NCBI GenBank assembly: GCA_040285825.1
Contig: JAUPSS010000008.1
Location: forward strand, 868,001-932,000
Direction: 5' to 3'
From: Eukaryota sp. TZLM1-RC
Lineage: Eukaryota > Protista > Metamonada: BaSk clade
DNA length: 64,000 bases
A program made the position numbers and the translations under genes. The notes beneath the pieces are model-generated. The model searched no databases, was not told where the DNA came from, and saw only the letters and a list, made by a program, of their open reading frames with translations. Of this stretch, positions 12,638 through 25,379 are shown in pieces; position 1 is the stretch's first letter; every line of letters starts with the position of its first letter.

Positions 12638-13596
12638 ACAAAGTCTAAGAAAGATTTTGGTGGACTCTGGCGATTATAGCAATTGGAGTGAATATATCCC
12701 AATTGTACAACTTCAAATCAATTCAATTATTAGTAGAGTTACTGGTCATTCGTCCTACAGTTTAATGTTTGGTAGCGACCACAGCCCTAGAGCTGATCCT
12801 AGTGATATGTTTGAACTAATAAAATCAGCTAACGTTAATATTCCCTTTGTTAAAGATCTTGAAGCAAAACTTGAAAGGATTTCAAAGAAGAGAGAAGAGG
12901 CAGAGCACAGGCAAGCTCAACAACTGCCTGAAGTTAACAAACATAGGAACCCTTTTAATAAAGGTGACTTAGTTTTGCGATTAAAGACTAATGGTAAACT
13001 CCATGGTTGCTTCGCTGGCCCTTTTCTCGTTGAAGAAGTTAAATCCAATAAAAGTTTATTACTCAAGAATCTTGTCACTGGTTCGATGTCTACGGCAAGT
13101 ATAAATCATTGTAAACTATACCTTTCAGACTTCCCTAAAGAAGATCTTGATTGGCATAAAAATATTGCTGCTGGTGATATGGAAGAATCTGTAATCGTTA
13201 AAATTATAGATCACTTTGATTACGTAGATTCGAACAATAATAAAGTTCCTTATTGTACCGCAGTTTGGTATGGCGGCGAGACTTCGTCTGTCCCAGTTGC
13301 TGACGTCAAAAGCACTGAGGCATATCAAACATATTTGCGCTCAATTAGTCCTCACACTACCAGGAAACGGAAGGCATCTTCTAATTTCAAATCTAAGACT
13401 AATTCCCCTGCAGTCAGTACTCGTAGCTCTCGTTCGAGACCTAAGAGAGGGAAAAGGTAGTGTTGTACTGTGGACAATTAGTCTAGTACATTTATGTTTA
13501 TATAACATAGTTCACTAGTGATGGCCTTTACAAGGGCCGGTGAAATTCTAATAAATTATTCCTTATTCTTTGTTATCATATATGGATAAAGCATCA
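12638..13596 (+). mobile_element. 3' part (integrase C-half, chromodomain-like tail, PPT, 3' LTR) of an oppositely oriented family 1 copy
   Basis: Reverse complement of about 5725-6683 with intact W (CTAVWYGG); LTR 13461-13596; flank CATG. Confidence 0.93.
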
Positions 13597-14460
13597 CATG
13601 TCATTTAAAACTCAGAAAATATGAACACTAATCCTCATTGATTGTCCGTGTTGATTGATCTACCTCCTCCAATCATTAAGTTTGCAAATACTTATTCATT
13701 AAATGCATTACCTCCTGCTGATAACCTTGATCGATGGAAAATTGTCGGAAAATGTCTGATGGATTCAAGTTATTATCTGATGTGTGCTCAATAAGTCAAT
13801 TTGGACCAACATTATTGTGTCAATTTTTTTTGCAGTTGTCCACATCATCAAGTTGTCGAAATATACCAAAGACAGAAATGGAGACATGATTCAATTTGAA
13901 ATAATTTTGTTAACCTCTGGCTTCCTTTCCTAGATTATCATGATGTTTACTGCAATTTACCTTATCACACAAATCATTATATAAATTTTCCTTTGGTTGT
14001 GACTGACTTAAGACCTGATCTAATTCTTATCTCAAAATATACAGATGAATCAAGAAGGAATACAGTCCTGATTTGTGAATTAACACCAATGATGGAACAT
14101 CATTTAGATAGTACGATAAAAAGTTCGAAATATCAGAGTCTTGAATTGTTTTTGTCAAATTTGGATTGTTTGGTTGAATCATTTCCTTCCGAAGTTTGAA
14201 CAAGAGAAATAGTTGCTAATATTTGCGTTTCATTGATGAGACAATTACTCATTCCAAAGTCTACAATGAAAACCATCTGTCAAGAACCAGTATTTTAAGC
14301 TGTCAATTGTTCATACCACATTTTTTTCCCTGGAGAACTTCGTATATGGTTGTTTGATGGAAGAGAGTAGATTGAGAGAAACACACCATGGTCAGTGGTT
14401 CAAAAGTGTTGCAAGCTCAGTATTTCACATTGATTATTAATGGGAAAAATTGTTGTTTTT
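13597..14460 (+). mobile_element. Degraded RLE-type non-LTR retrotransposon 3' fragment (family E)
   Basis: WRHDSI, DLRPDLIL, ELT..K..KY motifs of a restriction-like endonuclease; homologous to 25690-26975. Confidence 0.7.
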
Positions 14461-14732
14461 GTTAATAACATGTATTCTAAAAGTTCTCAAAATGAACAGT
14501 ACCAAAAAGCATCGTCCACTGTTAGTATACGAAATTGTGCTTCCCTACAACAAATTCAACATCTCATCGACTCTTACGTGCACATATCTATTCAAACAAA
14601 CCAAGGTCTGTAGACTTCGACAATTCAAGGTTGAATATGATTCAAGGATGTGTGTGATTGTTAATTCTGTTGTTGAAAAAACTCGTTCAATATCAATCCT
14701 TTTTGTAAAATTGTTATTAAACCAAAACACTA

Positions 14733-14860
14733 TCTAAAATTCAATATCCTCTAAACAAGCATCACCATTACAAAATCTACTCATAGCATTTCGTTCATAC
14801 TCCACACCACTAGCAAAAAGAGCTTTAGAGTTCATTGTTGGAATAGACTTAAAAATAAAA
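14733..14860 (-). mobile_element. 3' tip of CRE-like non-LTR family C
   Basis: Translates SIPTMNSKALFASGVEYERNAMSRFCNGDACLEDIEF*, matching the end of ORF 34095-34838. Confidence 0.8.
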
Positions 14861-15479
14861 AAAACAATTCTTGTCAACCAAAATTAAGGGTTCATCTTGA
14901 CGAAGTCTATACTACAAAACCTGTTTTGAAATTTTCAAAAAGTGCAATCAAGAAGGCCCAATATTGCCGAAAAGAGAAATAGCAAAAGACACAAGCTGAA
15001 AGGTCACATGTCCGAATCTACCTAATTGTTCCTATGGCGCAATAAAGAAATAAAAATAAACTATTTTTTATTTTTTGAGGATCAACTTTTAGTAACTAAC
15101 AAAATTGTGTACGAATCCTGTCAAATTTGTTTGGCGAAATACGTGGTGCTAGAGGATCAAGCAGCAAGTGATTCATATTTCCTGAATCACAAATTTAGAA
15201 AACAAAATCCAATGTTCTTGTGTATCAATGTTATTATTAACATCCATTTTTATACTTTTGCTTTGCCAACCATTGTGCGAATTTTCAACTTTTCATAATT
15301 AATTCACAATTTAATTGATTCACTTCAATATCTGATTGGGAGAAATTTTATTTATTTGTTTTAACGTTTTTGTCCTTGACACTAATCATGCTAAGTATCA
15401 AGGAATGACGATGCTGCTGATTCGGCTAAATCTGATCTACTGTATCTTTCAGATTGAACTACTGGTTTGGCTCATTCAA

Positions 15480-15984
15480 AAAATGTAAGAAAGAAACACA
15501 TGTTCACCAAAGGTTGACTCAAAATCAACAGTGATTTTCAAATCAGTGATTGGTGATCGAGATTGGAGACTGGGAACAAGGAAAACGCATGAAATTCAAA
15601 GAAGCTACAAAAGGAAAAGGTTTGAGAGTTGTATTTAAAAAGACTGGTTATAAGATAACTTTAATTGATGAGTTTCAAAGCAGTTGCAATTGTTTCAATT
15701 GTAAGGAAGCTGAAAGGACAGTGGAAACAGACCAATGGTGCAAAAATCCAAGACCAAGGAAGAAACATGAGATCTCTATTCGTCACAGGGTTACCATGTG
15801 TATATCATGCGAAAGTATGTGGAACAGAGATCGAAATGCTTCATTAAATATGTTGACCATGATGAAAGCACATATCAATAAAGAAGTCAGTCCAGTATAC
15901 TTGCCGAGAGCCAAGATTGTTGAAGAATCAAAAACTCAGTCCCTCACTGTCAATATAAAAAGGACACTTCTTCCATTGTTATAG
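15480..15984 (+). pseudogene. Fanzor (eukaryotic TnpB-like) C-terminal fragment
   Basis: IGDWEQ..KFKEATKGKGLR, LIDEFQSSCNCFNC, CISC..WNRDRNASLNM, PVYLPR: RuvC-II, zinc finger and RuvC-III. Confidence 0.88.
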
Positions 15985-15999
15985 ACATCATCTGTAACA

Positions 16000-17112
16000 A
16001 TGGGCAATATCCCCACAACTTCTGTGGTTTATCCCAAATTATCGCGCTCTATTCAACACACGTTGTCAAACCCTTCATGTATCTCACACAATTTCAACAC
16101 ACTATCCTTTCTTGGAGCAGAGGTTATTTTTTCCTGGGTGCTTACTCGTTACGATCTACTTATTCAACATTTATGTCCTTCACAATCTCGACCATCCACC
16201 ACCATTGGAGCCCCACACAACCCATCCGATGGTGATGTAAGTTCATCGGAGACAGAAGATGATGGTATTCTCCCCTCTCCTGTTACACTTTGCACACACT
16301 TTCGTTCTAGACAATTTCTCTCTTCTATGGTGTCCCCTCTAGCTTCTCACTATTCTTTGTATAACGGAAACGATACCTTTGTGAGGGGTAATCTTTTTGA
16401 AGCTTTAATTGGTGGTATCTGTATCAGCCATTACTTGACGAAGAAGAAATCCGATGAAATTGCATGTTACCTATACTCAACTCTTTCTTTCCTTGACAGC
16501 TTCTTTGCCATCCACCTCCCTCCCAAGCTTCCCCATGTCACTGTCCCTTCACAATCAACAGATGTACGACCCCTCCACCAATGCTCGTTCCTCACCTCAC
16601 CTCCCCATTCTCAACTGTCTGGTCTGTTGAAGTCATCTCAATTTAGGTGTTGTCAGAGCACCAGAAACGCCGATCTAAACACTCCTGAAGATGCGATATC
16701 TGGTGTCTTTTCTTTGTTGTATCTCTTAGTCAATTCACTCAAGTTTAAGCATCGAGATTTTTGTAGTTTTGGAAACTTTGTTGCTATCGGCATACTCTAT
16801 TCTGCACTTTTGGCAAAGAAAGACCGCCCTGATACTTATAATGGTATAAAGTCATCAATCAAATCAGCCAATCAATCAGAATTTAAAAGAATACTTTCCA
16901 ATTCTGATAGGCTCACTCTTGTTAAGTCTACATTACCAAAATTTAGTGAATATGGTAAAGAGTGCCAGCTTTTTTTGACTAGAAAACAAGAAAATAGAAG
17001 AAATAAATTGGTTACTAGATTTGGTAGTTTCATTAATGTTAGTTTAGTGTTTCATTGTGTTTGTGCTTGCACAGCTTTTCTGTATTTGAAGGCTTTTATA
17101 AATAAGAATTAA
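16000..17112 (+). CDS. Divergent RNase III-domain protein, probably non-catalytic
   Basis: FNTLSFLGAEVI and GNLFEALIGGI resemble the RNase III signatures (ERLEFLGD, ADxxEALIGA); intact 370-aa ORF. Confidence 0.55.
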   Translation: MGNIPTTSVVYPKLSRSIQHTLSNPSCISHNFNTLSFLGAEVIFSWVLTRYDLLIQHLCPSQSRPSTTIGAPHNPSDGDVSSSETEDDGILPSPVTLCTHFRSRQFLSSMVSPLASHYSLYNGNDTFVRGNLFEALIGGICISHYLTKKKSDEIACYLYSTLSFLDSFFAIHLPPKLPHVTVPSQSTDVRPLHQCSFLTSPPHSQLSGLLKSSQFRCCQSTRNADLNTPEDAISGVFSLLYLLVNSLKFKHRDFCSFGNFVAIGILYSALLAKKDRPDTYNGIKSSIKSANQSEFKRILSNSDRLTLVKSTLPKFSEYGKECQLFLTRKQENRRNKLVTRFGSFINVSLVFHCVCACTAFLYLKAFINKN

Positions 17113-18216
17113 CCTTGTCTTTGTGTAGAAACTTTTAATATACAATGAACCATTCACTCAGCTACGTAAAACCAGTAAAAATAAAGAGATCGCATTGACA
17201 AACACTAATGGGACTGGGGTGAGAGAACAGAACACAGTATCAAACTTTCTATAACGCGTCGATATGAGTAGAAAAGGAGACCTAAATGACGTTTGAGAGA
17301 AGGGCTACCTTGTAGAAGCTGGTGGTAGCCAAGATTAACCTTCCTCATAAACCGTTCTTCATTAACGATTGTCACAGCATTGACAAGGAAGAGAAGAAAA
17401 AGAAGAATGGACATAAGATATAAGCACAATAAGCACAAATATGAGAAAATGTTGAGGGTGCTGCTCAAAATCAACAACGAAATTCTGTGTCTGATGTTTA
17501 CTAAAAAAATTGTAAACCCCTCTATACACCAACTATTTGCTGACGAGCTTTATAGATCAGGATTTTGCTGAGAAAATCTTGATTTATTGAATTTAATCCC
17601 ATCGGTTTATGTTTGATTTTGTCAATTGTTCAAGTTCAATAAAGGATGAATAGGTGACACGGAATCCATCAAAAAAACACCACTATATATATTTCTGAAA
17701 ACTTATATTTAATACCTGCCTAATTTTCTATAAATTGAAGACAGTCTTTAAAAGTAGGAATTCAGTAGGCTGCTCAATTACAATACTAGACAATAGTTTC
17801 AGTTAAAGATTCCAACATGCTTGCCACGAAGAAAATACATTTGCTACCATTGTGTTTGACTACTGTTGCTCACTCTGTATGTGGTCATATTATTGTTCTT
17901 TGATATTACTATAACTACCACATAAATTGTTTATCGTGAAAAGGAAAAAGTGGACGACTTGAGGTCATGCTTCACAAAATGAACCAATTCTTCGTCTATT
18001 AAGTACTGAACAGCAGGACAATCTATCAATTATCGATTTCAAGGTGGAACAATACACTGTTAGCTCATTGTAATCAAAAAAATGTTTAGCAAAATGGAAG
18101 AGAATACCTAGAGAAGATGTTCCACCATTAAAGAAATTTCTTATCATGGACTAATAACACTGAGGTTAACAGTGCAATTATTTTTTCCCAACTATATCAA
18201 CCTCGATCTACTCATT

Positions 18217-19118
18217 ATGAACACCGACACTGTGATTCTTCCCCTGCAAAAGAAGGTCAAAAGACTGCGCGATCGTATGGAGCGTGTCTCCAAAATTGAG
18301 CAGCTCCGTGATTCTGGTGCTGCTCTCGATGATAACCAATTTGCCGCTCTTGAGTCAAAACCTCAACTTGAGTTCTGTCTCTCTACATTGGAACCCCTCA
18401 GTGTCGATGTACAGAAGAACGCTCTCACTGTTTGTTCCATAATCTCATCTCACTGCAGTCCCTGAGGTCAAATGTAGCCCAGCTGATGAAGGACCGAATG
18501 ACCTTTGATTTTGTTGTACAATTTTTCGAAGACTCGACGAATCGGTCGGCCTTCTTGAAGGAAATGCAGTCAAGAGTTGCTGATGGCGAAACCCCTCTTG
18601 TGAAATCCGATGATGATATCGACGCCTTATTGAAGGTATATAAGTTAATAAACCCCATCAATCGTGATGAAATTGACTCCGTTGCTGAAAACGCTGCCCG
18701 CCTCTTTGTCGATCCAAGAAAGAAAGATCAACGAGTTATTGAAATGATCCGCGAGGTAGCGATGTCTAAAGTTTATAATGAAGGGCCTCAATCAATGACC
18801 CCAGTCGTAGAAGAAGCCCAAATTGAGCCTGTGGAACAACCTCAAGAAACAACACATGTAGCACCTGTTTCTGAGGAAGTTCTTCCTGTTGAGGAAAAAG
18901 TAGTTGAAGCTCCTATAGTAGAAGAATCTCCAACTGAACCAATTGAAGAGCCTGTCCCCAAACAGCCCGAATTTGGTTTCCAAGTCGCAGCTGAACCTGA
19001 ACAAGCCCCTACTAAGTCTGATGATGGATGGCTCGGTGGTCATAAACCTAGAGGTCGTGGACGCGGACGTGGTGGTAGAGGTAGAGGCAGAGGTCGTGGA
19101 CGTCGTCATCAGAACTGA
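18217..19118 (+). CDS. Caprin-like / RGG-box RNA-binding protein, one intron (18430-18458)
   Basis: N-terminal LQKKVKRLRDRMERV..G..LDDNQ..AL, acidic Pro-rich linker, terminal RG/RGG repeats; a 29-nt GT-AG intron joins the two ORFs in frame. Confidence 0.7.
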
Positions 19119-19319
19119 TTGTGAGCAACTGAATGTTATTGTTATTACGTCCACTGTATAAGTATATTTATAAACAACAGTCTGCTGAACGCTTTTGTTT
19201 CACGTAATAAATTTATTAAAGTATAAAGTTATTTAATAAAGAATGTTACCCACTACTAGAAATTTAGTTACCACTAACCAAGTTCTACATAAGGGTCAAC
19301 CAACTGCATTTCATAAACA

Positions 19320-19763
19320 GAGTTTGAAAATGGTCAATACACGAGCCCAAGTTCATAGACTCAAACCACCTGAGCAATTTGACTTTTGGTGTAATTTTAT
19401 CGATTTGAACCAACCAATGTTCAAACAAAAAATTTATAAATTTAACAACATTATCCACATGAATGGATTTATTGGTGCGGTGGAATTTGCTCCATCGGAT
19501 CTAAAAGGTCACTGATGTAAGACAGACAACAAGGCTAGTATTCATGATTTATATACTGATGATGTTGATGTTGATAGTTTTCGAGACAAACGAATCGCTG
19601 GTTGTGATCCCGGTGACCGTGACTTAATGCATTTTGGCAGTAATGGTACCAAAAATCGATAAGGCTTTTCAATAGAAATAATCTGGCATTTCAAAATAGG
19701 TTTGCAATTGATGAAGCCAGAATGAATGGTAATGAAAGGTCTCAACATTTGAACAACAGATAG
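19320..19763 (+). pseudogene. Internally deleted copy of the Fanzor family at 55801-57990
   Basis: DLNQPMFKQK.YKFNNIIH.NG and KRIAGCDPG, then jumps to LFNRNNLA..NGNERSQHLNNR*. Confidence 0.85.
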
Positions 19764-19799
19764 TTATTTTTTTTCAAATTATCAATTTTATTAAAAACC

Positions 19800-22560
19800 T
19801 ATAACTCATCATCTAAATAATTCATCTCTCCAAAAACAAAAACTCTAGATGCAACTCTTTTATAGTGAGATCCAAGAGAAAGCAAAGCATCAGAAACCAT
19901 CTTCTACATTTTTTAAAAATAGAAAACACAATTCTATTTTGCCAAAACAATCTGTTGAATTTCTGTTGGTTCTTCTCTTGACAATCATTTCAAAGTTTGC
20001 CAAAAAACGTATAGCCGTTGGGGCAAGCGAACCAAATAGAAAAAATACAAGTGGATACAAATTGTATTTTGCATACTGTTGGCTGGACAATTTGGATAAA
20101 GGTTCACTGTATTTTTTGATTTTGAAATTTTCAGCATTTGAACGAAGATTATGAATTCCAGAATGAGCAAGCCTTTCATTTGAGGCAGTGCAAATATCAA
20201 TAGACAAAACATTCAAGAAATTGAAGGTTCCATCTAATCCAGCTAATATTACATCACCTCTATTATTCTTATGAAAATCATCTTCAGTATCAAACAGAGC
20301 TGACAACAAAGGTTCCAAAAAGGATTCAATTCTTTGAGACTAAACATACAGTATAATTGGTCTCTTACAGCATCGTGAACCTTGCTTCTAAAAGTAATAA
20401 AATGTTTACAATTCAACAAATGAGTAATGGTAATTTTTCGAAAACATTTTGAAAATAAATTATGAGGTAAATCATCAGGCCAGATAAAGGAACGAAATCT
20501 CATATTCAAAGTCCAAGCAGAATCAGTTAAGAGAGTGCCATAAACTTGAGGAATTGTTGTTATTAAGGCAGAAGAAGTACTATCGCACATATCTTGTAAA
20601 AGATTTGCAAAAGCGAGATTCTTTTTCTTGTACTGTTGTTGTCGAACTTAAATTGAATTAGTAGGTTTCATTGTATTTTGACTGATGACGTGATACTCGT
20701 TTATGAATCAGTTTTATTAATAAACTCAGATTTCTCTCTCTCCTTCGTGTGTTCATCTGCCTAACGGCATCAATAATTATTGGCCCTTCTTATTTCAGAT
20801 GACTGTTCCCTCTGTTAACCTGACGTCTCTTTCTTCCATGAAAGTTGAAAGTGTTCTTCTGTTCCTATAGGAGTGAAAGATTTATTCTTCAGTGACTCCT
20901 AAGAAAGAGCTTGTTCCAGCAAGACTCTTGGTCGATTCTTTTCTGTTAGAGTCCCTATCTCTCCAGAAATCCGACGGCTGATCCAGTGACGATGTTCTTC
21001 TCAGACATCTACAATTTGTCGTATCGTTCGCCATGTACGAAGATTTTAGTCTGGCTATGTCAGAACTGATGCTTTATGTCCGTATTGGTGACGTCCGAGA
21101 ACGTATGTCCTGTTACCTGCGACGTTTTTTCCAGGTAAAGAGTAGGGCTTCCGGACTGAAGTTGCCAGACATAGCTTTTTTGAACCGATTTGCCAGAGGA
21201 CTTCTTTTCGTAGGTATCCAACGTTCTCATACCATCGATGCACCGGAGAATTTAACAAACCCCATATCTCCCCTCTATTGAGCCAGTACTGTATTTGTCC
21301 TCAGAAAAATGGGAAAAAGTAGTGTTATTGTCGAACTTAAATTGAATTAGTAGGTTTCATTGTATTTTGACTGATGACGTGATACTCGTTTATGAATCAG
21401 TTTTATTAATAAACTCAGATTTCTCTCTCTCCTTCGTGTGTTCATCTGCCTAACGGCATCAGTACAAGCCAAGTCTAAAATCAAAATCCAAGCTTCCAAA
21501 AATCTTTGACAATTTTTGTTAAAGTTTTCTACAGCAAAACTGCAAATTAAAAGGAGATCGGTTTGGAATTTCTTGAATTGATTGGGGAAAACATTTGGTC
21601 CAGATTTGTGGCGGCAATCTATCGAGTTCAAAAGATAACTCATTCCAATATGGACTGCAACTGGGAACTAACAAATGAGAATCTTCAGGAAATCTACGAG
21701 AAAATTAATAAATAAAATTCTTGTATCCACCCAAAAATGCTGATTGGCACAAAATAGAAGATTTAGTAAATCCAATACCACCCAATTTGCTGAAGAAAAT
21801 AAGTGATTTTTCAACATTCCTGGTTCTACATTCAATAAATCAGCAAAAAATTGTGTTTTCAATGAATTAAAGGAACGACAAAAATCTAATGCTATGGAAG
21901 GAGCACAAGATCTCAAAATGTGGGTTATTCTCCCTGTGTAGCAAATTTTAAGCATGAACAATTCGATATGTTTTTCTAAATCTAAAGAAGAAATTGAATC
22001 AAGTTCAATTTTGATTTTTTCCAAAATAACTCGTAATTCATTCTGAATTTGAGACACATTTCCTAACCAACAACCAAGGAACTTAACAGCATCACTACTA
22101 TAATTTGTAAAAGGGACAACAGAATCGTTTATCAGAAGATCGATCCTGAGCACAAGAACCAATCAGAAGGCATTTGCTCACATTAAGATGAAGCCCAATA
22201 TTGTCATAAGAATCGGCAATTTTCTAAGCAACCAGTTGTAGTAAATCAAATGAACCAATCAAGGATATATCATCCATATAAGCAACTAGTTTTATAAAAG
22301 GGTATTTTTGCGTAATGATATCTAAAATTTTGTGATAAGCTAAACAAACCAATAATGAGCCTTAGGGATCACCTTGTTTCACACCTGAAACTTATTTTAA
22401 ACCAAATGAATTAAATATTAAATCTGATGCTTTACCATAAAATTGGTAGAAAAAACTTGATAGCGAAGGAAAATCAGATTTATTTACTTCAAATATTCCA
22501 TTTCGCTTTACAGAATTAAAAGCATTCTTAAAGTCAAGATTAAAAATAAAGTTAAAGCAT
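19800..22560 (-). mobile_element. CRE-like RLE non-LTR retrotransposon family A, degraded, interrupted by an LTR element
   Basis: DFKNAFNS, QGDP, YMDD, HLLNC..HDAVRD, RGD motifs; collinear with 43058-44980. Confidence 0.9.
20634..21461 (+). mobile_element. 828-bp non-autonomous (TRIM-like) LTR element, family 2
   Basis: 139-bp LTRs at 20634-20772 and 21323-21461 (one mismatch), TG..CA ends, 4-bp TSD GTAC, PPT AGAAAAATGGGAAAAAGTAG, palindrome CAATAATTATTG, decayed ORF inside. Confidence 0.93.
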
Positions 22561-22679
22561 ATAGTTATTGTAGTTATTTTTCACAATTTCACATGGATTC
22601 ATTACATTAGTTGTAAGTTTCAATCAATGTAATGACAACAATTTTATATTTTAATTTGTTGAACTTGGAAACTTAACAA

Positions 22680-23225
22680 AATAAACTCATAACTAATGGG
22701 ATGAAATTCATTAAACCAAGATTTTCTCTACATAATCTTGATCTGCTTGCTGTCTGGCTAAAGCATCTTTTATTGGATTGAAAAACCGAGGCAATCTATT
22801 AATAATAGCAAATTGAATTCAAGAGCGCCATAAAAAGATATCAAACCTTTTCATCGTTTTTTCTTGAACCATTTTTTGGAAATCTTTCAAAAAAGTTCCT
22901 GCTTCTACTGATAGTTTTCCGTTTATAGAAAATGAGAAGGAAATAAAAACAAGTGGTCTGTTTCTATCAGCATTAGCTTCCTCAATATCTTTGTCATATT
23001 TTCTATGTTCTTCTTTGGCCTTAAATTCTAGAGCATCTACAGGATTATGATTTCTTCTTTGAACCAAAATGTCATTTGGAACATTACATGAGACAAAGTC
23101 AACAATAGCTTCAGAATTATCAATCCAATCACAGTATATATCACCTCTGTCATCAGACCCAAAATTATTCAATGACAGTGTTTCTTTCAGCAGAGGCTCT
23201 TTGATGCACGAGATTCTTGCAGTTG
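22680..23225 (-). mobile_element. 5'-truncated CRE-like non-LTR family B fragment
   Basis: KEPLL..DDRGDIYCDW..K.RKY; matches the 3' part of 49028-50278. Confidence 0.88.
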
Positions 23226-23700
23226 GTGCCAAATTACGATTCATTGAATACAATTTGTTATCTCAATTTTGTTGACCTTTTATTAAAAGAAGGTTTGAAA
23301 ACTTCGAAAAATATGACAAATAGGCTTACTGTTTTAAATTTGCTAAATACATTACAAATTCTTATTCATTATCTCCGATTTCTAATAAAATCATTATGTG
23401 TTCTGCTTCAAGATGCACCACATTGAAACAAGACAATTCATACTGATACACAAAATATGGGTTTAAAAAAGCTAACAAAAGTTAATATTGTTGAAGAGAG
23501 CGTGTGTGGGATGAACATCAAAATGTAAAGTTCAGATGGTTAATGGATCATACAGTTGCAACTTAAAAAAACCTTTATTGAATGCTACAAACCATAGCGT
23601 TGGTGCTCGCTGTTCATTATAATTCAACAAAAAATAATCACCGTCATTGAGGTGATTTACTGCCAAATTTAATAATAAAACTGATACAAAATATACAAAT

Positions 23701-24462
23701 TTAACAACTACAGCTTTTCTCAGGAGGTAAGAGCTCTAAATTCGGACTGAGAACATCAACAACTGGTGGCTTTTCTGGAAGAGCATCTCCTATAGCCCTA
23801 AAAGCTTCCAAAACGTTTTCTCCTTTTAAAGCTGAAACTTCCTTAAATAAACAATTGTTTTCTTCTGCAAAAGCTAAACCATCCTAGGGTGACTTTGAAC
23901 AAAAAAACAAACATGGCAGGGGACTGTTCTTGATTTTTCTAAGTCTAATTTGTTACCAACGACGCAGACAACCACATCGTCTGATACTTCCGACCGTAGT
24001 TCACGAACCCATCGCTTCGCCCGTTCAAATGAATCATACTTGGTTATATCATATACTACAAGGGCTGAGTCAGCATCTCTGTAATAAACTGGTGTTAAGC
24101 AACTGTACTGTTCCTGTCCAGCTGTGTCCTGGTGTTAAAGAATGAAAATGATGTAGCGATTACAAACCCATATTTCTATAATAAGTTTTGGGTAGAAAAT
24201 ATCAAACCAAATTCCACGGTCTTGTCGTCCAATTCTAGATTACACCTGTAAAAAGCAGCCTTTGGTTAAGTTCAAGCAAGAAACTTACACCTATTGTAGG
24301 GGGTTCATCGTTAGAAAAGGCACCACTAACAAAACGTGCCACGAGTGAACTTTTACCAACAGAAGATTCCTTTGATTAAGGAGAGTAACAAGAAAATACA
24401 CCAAGAAGAACTTGGGTTAAGCAGAAAAGTGAAGATATACCAAGTTTAGAGGCAGAGCGCAT
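23701..24462 (-). CDS. Rab5/Rab22-like GTPase with six introns (absent from the ORF track)
   Basis: Removing introns 24411-24440, 24370-24399, 24260-24288, 24176-24207, 24129-24167 and 23884-23912 gives MRSASKLVLLGESSVGKSS..PTIGAAF..EIWDTAGQE..GNKLD..EVSA..SCSC*. Confidence 0.92.
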
Positions 24463-25379
24463 AACACAAGGGGATGGTTAGATCTAAGATGTTTGGTCAA
24501 TTTTGCTCCTCATAGATTAAGTTTCTTCAGAACATTCCCTTTCACTACTCGTTGTTGAATCGCACTCAGAGGTATACCATCATCTTCAGAACCGTTAGAT
24601 TTTATCATCTTCAGAAACTTTTCCAACATCTTCCAGGCAACCATTCAAAATTCAACATTATTGCTTTGTTATTTTGCTCAATTACTGCATTGGAAATATA
24701 ATGGTTGAATATAAGAAGTGATTTTATCTCAAAACATGTTTAATGTTAACGCTATCTTAGAGAATTGACAAAAAAAGAGAGTGTGTATCTCATCGGAGGT
24801 TATGACAAGTCATGATTTTGTTTCTCGAGACGAATCTTAGCAATCTCCGCACTACTAATGAGCTAATTGAAAATTTCCTCAAACTCCGTGATGACGAAAT
24901 CTTCGATACGGAAAATGAAAAGAGTTTGAATTCATCAACTGAACTGGTACTTTTAATTAACACTCATTGCAAAATTTATAACATTACAAAGTGAAAATTG
25001 TACGTATTCAATTTTCAATGAATCCACAGATTTACAATAGCTAATTGGGGCTTAAAAAATAAATGATTTTGAATTACCTTCATTAATAAACACAGAAAAT
25101 TGTTCCAGGGTTTGAGGTGAACATTACCCAACAGATAAGCGTAAAGTCCTAGTATTTCTAATTATGTTTTTGTCAAAGTGTTACAATATGATAAAACATC
25201 TTCAGAATCAAGCATTATTGCCCACCATACAGGCTCAAATAATTGAATAATGTGTTCCACAATTTTTTACGTTGGTATTTACAAGTGCATGCACTACAAA
25301 TCACCTTTATTGAAACTACAATTACTTCCTTATGGAGTAGAACGTTGAAATGTTTGTTAAGAGACACTAGAACTGATAG

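Noticed and set aside
160-13518. Short antisense ORFs over the retrotransposons (and over host genes elsewhere)
   Set aside because: Shadow frames of real coding sequence; they recur only because the element is duplicated.
14545-14730. hAT dimerisation-domain relic (ERVFS)
   Set aside because: One short motif with no TIRs or catalytic region visible.
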